A stretch of 63,973 nt of DNA from Candidatus Latescibacterota bacterium. GTDB lineage: Bacteria; Latescibacterota; UBA2968; UBA8231. The stretch lies in assembly GCA_965205655.1 (NCBI GenBank), contig CBDBIJ010000137.1:1-63973 (forward strand). Direction: 5' to 3'. Under the pieces are notes generated by a model. It did no database searches. It saw nothing but the letters and a program-made list of their open reading frames with translations, and was not told the origin of the DNA. A program made the translations under genes and the position numbers. Positions 60,990-63,973 of the stretch are shown piece after piece. Each line of letters begins with the position of its first letter. Position 1 is the stretch's first letter.

Positions 60990-62090
60990 ATGAAAATCAC
61001 GAAAGTCGAGACATTCCAGATTCTGACCGCGCGCTATTACCAGGAACACCCCGTTAAGACGGGCGAACCACCGAGCGGCCACGTCATCGTCAAGCTCCAT
61101 GTGGATGGCGGGCTTGTGGGCCTGGGGGAGGCTTCAGACAGCATGGCGGATGACCTGGGTGCGATAACCAAGCGCTACAGCGAACTGCTGGTCGGACGCG
61201 ATGCCACCCGGATCACTGAGATCAATGAACTCCTGCGGACGCAGGACTTCGGCAGCACGGTTTTCAACTCGCACCTGACGGCTGCCATCGACCTCGCGCT
61301 GTACGACCTCAACGGCAAAGCGCAGGGCGTGCCGGCCTACAATTTGATGGGCGGCAAAGTGCGGGACAGCGTGTACTTCTGTTATCCGATTATCGGGGAA
61401 CACCTACAGGACGGCTTCGAGCGCAATGCCAGCTACCTGCAGCGGCTGGTGGATTTGGGGCATCATCTCTTCCGCTACTACATCTCGGGTGACGCCGATC
61501 TGGATAACCGGTTCATAACCGAGATGAAAGCCCGTTTTGGTGAGGCAATTCGGCTCAAAGCCTTCGATCTTATCGGTGATTTCCCGGATTGGGAGAGCGC
61601 CCTGCGCTACGCCGACGTGCTCCGTCACCACGATCCATACAATTTCGAGCAACCATCGAATGACTTGCGGGTGTCCGCCGAGTTCGTCAAGCGGATGGAT
61701 GTGCCGGTGAGTATGCATATCAGAAGCCTGGAAAACGGTTACGAGGCGATCGAGCGAGGAGCGTGTACCGTCCTCAACCTGGCGTGGGTCTGGTTTGGGC
61801 CCACCTACGTCCGCCGCATGTTCGCGCTGGCGGAAGCCGCAGGTTTCAAGACCTTGCTTTCAACCGATCAGGATTCGACCGTAGGCACAGCAGGGGCGGT
61901 TCATCTCGGGGTTTCGGTTCCCAACCTGGATCTTCCTTCCGATCCTGCTGGCCCCCTGCTCTATACCGTTTCGCCTGCGAAAGAGCGCATCCGGGCCGAG
62001 GAGAGTCACCTGTTTCCACCGGAAGGCCCCGGGCTGGGAGTCGAGTTGGATGAGGACAAGATGAGAGAGCTGACAGTGGCCTCTGCGTAA
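60990..62090 (+). CDS. enolase superfamily (MR/MLE) enzyme, galactarate dehydratase II-like
   Basis: GLGE, IDLALYDL, CYPI, RxY motif, SDPAGP, PGLGVELD. Confidence 0.85.
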   Translation: MKITKVETFQILTARYYQEHPVKTGEPPSGHVIVKLHVDGGLVGLGEASDSMADDLGAITKRYSELLVGRDATRITEINELLRTQDFGSTVFNSHLTAAIDLALYDLNGKAQGVPAYNLMGGKVRDSVYFCYPIIGEHLQDGFERNASYLQRLVDLGHHLFRYYISGDADLDNRFITEMKARFGEAIRLKAFDLIGDFPDWESALRYADVLRHHDPYNFEQPSNDLRVSAEFVKRMDVPVSMHIRSLENGYEAIERGACTVLNLAWVWFGPTYVRRMFALAEAAGFKTLLSTDQDSTVGTAGAVHLGVSVPNLDLPSDPAGPLLYTVSPAKERIRAEESHLFPPEGPGLGVELDEDKMRELTVASA

Positions 62091-62133
62091 ATATCTCGCA
62101 GGCGAACGCCTCGGTGCTCGGTCATATTTCTCC

Positions 62134-63275
62134 TCACGTCCAGTTGCGGGGATCGGGCACCGCTGACCAGTTCGATCCCTGGGCGATCGATTGCTGGCTC
62201 ATCAGGCCCGGCAGGGTCATGTCCATGGCGGCGTCGATACCTATCGGTGGCTCGGCCTGCTCCCGGATGGCGGCGATGAAATCCTGCACTACCCAGTAGT
62301 CGCCGCCGCCGTGACCGGCCTGCAGCGCCGCTTCGGGCGGGCTCTTCCAGAACGCCGGCAGGAACTCCTCCTCCAGCGCCGACAGTGGCTCCCACTTCGG
62401 CGCCGGGCCGCGCGCACGCAGCCACACCTTCGGTTCCGCTCCGTACCCGTCTCCGGACTCGTAGGCACCGTCCGTCCCCTGCAGGGCGTAGTGCACCATG
62501 TGATGAGGCCGGTCGGACAGCATGTCGACTCGGATCTGCACCAGCCCCCCGGACGCCATGCGGCACATCATCGTCACCGAATCCTCCATCTCGTACTCGT
62601 CGCCCCGCGGGTCGCGGTAGTGATGGCCGCTGCCGACGGCGCACACCGAGACGACACGGTCGGAACGACCGCCAGTGTTGAACCACTGATACACCGGACC
62701 CAGGCTGTGGGTCGGGTAGGTGCTGCCGTTGACGCCCGTCTGCCAGCGGCGACGCCACTGCGTCTTCTCGTTGAGCGCCTTCAGCTCGTGGATGTAGGCG
62801 CCCTCGCCGTAGTAGGCCTCGCCGAACAGGCCTCGCCGAACAGGCCTCGCCGGGCCAGCTCGAGGACGAGCACGTTCGGCTTCGTGTAGGTGAAGTTCTC
62901 GGCCATCATGTACTTCGCGCCGCTGCGCCGGGCGGCGCGCACGAGATCGCGGCACTCCGCCACCGAGACCCCGGCCGTGACCTCGCTGAGGACGTGGATG
63001 TCGCGCTCGAGCGCCAGGATCGCGTGCGGCGCGTGCAACGGCATCGGCGTCCCGAGGATGACTGCGTCGACGCTGCCGGAATCGAGCAGGGCTTCGGCGT
63101 CGGTGAAGGTGTGCGCGACCCCCAGCTCGGCGGCGTGCGCCCGCAGCTGCTCGGTGCGCACGTCGCACAGCGCCGTCAGCTCGGTCGCGGGGTTGGCCTG
63201 CAGGGCACGCACGGAGCTGTTGCCCCTGCCGGCGGCGCCGACGATACCGAAACGGATCGTCTCTCCCGCCATCAC
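62134..63275 (-). pseudogene. Gfo/Idh/MocA oxidoreductase frameshifted by a 14-bp duplication
   Basis: N-terminal part (GAAGRG, SEV, AEN) and C-terminal part (YPTHSLGP, GHGGGD) lie in different frames that switch at 62814-62852. Confidence 0.85.
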
Positions 63276-63300
63276 GGGTTAGTCCGCGTCCACATACCAT

Positions 63301-63973
63301 TTAGCTGTCATAAAGCTCGGCCAGACGGCCCTCGACCTCTGGCAGGCTGGGAATGCTATCCATTCCCATTTTGCGGACTGACAGTGAAGCGCAGGCGTTG
63401 GCAAATTGCGCCGCTTTGATAGAATCGCCCGTTTGGTGGTAGCGGACGAAAAAGGCAGCAGCGAAGATATCACCGCGCGCCGGTCGGATCGACCTCGGTC
63501 TCAGGCTTAACCGGAATATGCGTGACCTGGCCCTGGTGATAGACATTGCAGCCCTTCGGCCCCACGGTCTCAACCCCCAGCCTGGCCGAGGTCAGCAGAT
63601 GATTGACCGCGTCCTGGTCTCCAAATACATCGGCCAGGCTCAGGTACCATGACATCGATCTTCGACAACCATGCCTCCAACTCGGGATGGGGTCGGTAGA
63701 TGACCCTCCATTCATCATCTTGAGCTCGAAGCCACCCCTGCATGGTGACACAGACCAGGCTATCCTTCAAATCGCCACACATCGCTGGAGACATTTCTTG
63801 TGCGAGGGGGGGCGAGATGGACAATGGGCGTTTTACGCCAGGCCAGGGGTACATCTTCTATCGAAATGGAACGAGCGCTCGCAGTCCATTCCTGGGTCCG
63901 TTTGCCATCCTTGTAGATATTTTGAAACGTGGTGCTGCAGCTATGAGGCACATTCGAAATTCGTAACCGTTCA
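63301..63973 (-). pseudogene. PfkB-family carbohydrate kinase fragments, 5' end outside window
   Basis: DPTGA/GDIFAAAF and ANACAS motifs in shifted frames; QGWLR; several indels. Confidence 0.7.

Overview
GC-rich bacterial chromosomal segment. The many scattered single-base frameshifts suggest an unpolished long-read assembly. The gene mix (PhyH/2OG oxygenases, sugar-acid dehydratases, TIM-barrel epimerases, Gfo/Idh/MocA) resembles marine or sponge-associated heterotrophs such as Latescibacterota/Poribacteria, which is inference only. Left to right: an SDR split by an IS481-family element; an orphan fliG behind a consensus-like sigma28 promoter; a UxxC peroxiredoxin-like selenoprotein missed by the ORF track; a decayed island integrated at the tmRNA 3' end (excisionase remnant, RHH-like gene, tyrosine integrase reading into ssrA antisense), bounded by an IS256 carrying a nested IS3; tamA/tamB-like genes; an AmmeMemoRadiSam locus with amrA broken by a second IS256; pckA, queC and other housekeeping genes; a candidate sigma28-dependent sRNA with two anti-Shine-Dalgarno motifs; a FolC/ATP-grasp fusion; moaA beside deletion scars of a cox-like cluster; sat, purN, an IS3-disrupted MATE; and a sugar-acid catabolic cluster. 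The strongest novelty candidates are the sRNA (about 30926-31040), the selenoprotein (5426-5938), the FolC/ATP-grasp fusion and the sigma28-driven orphan fliG.
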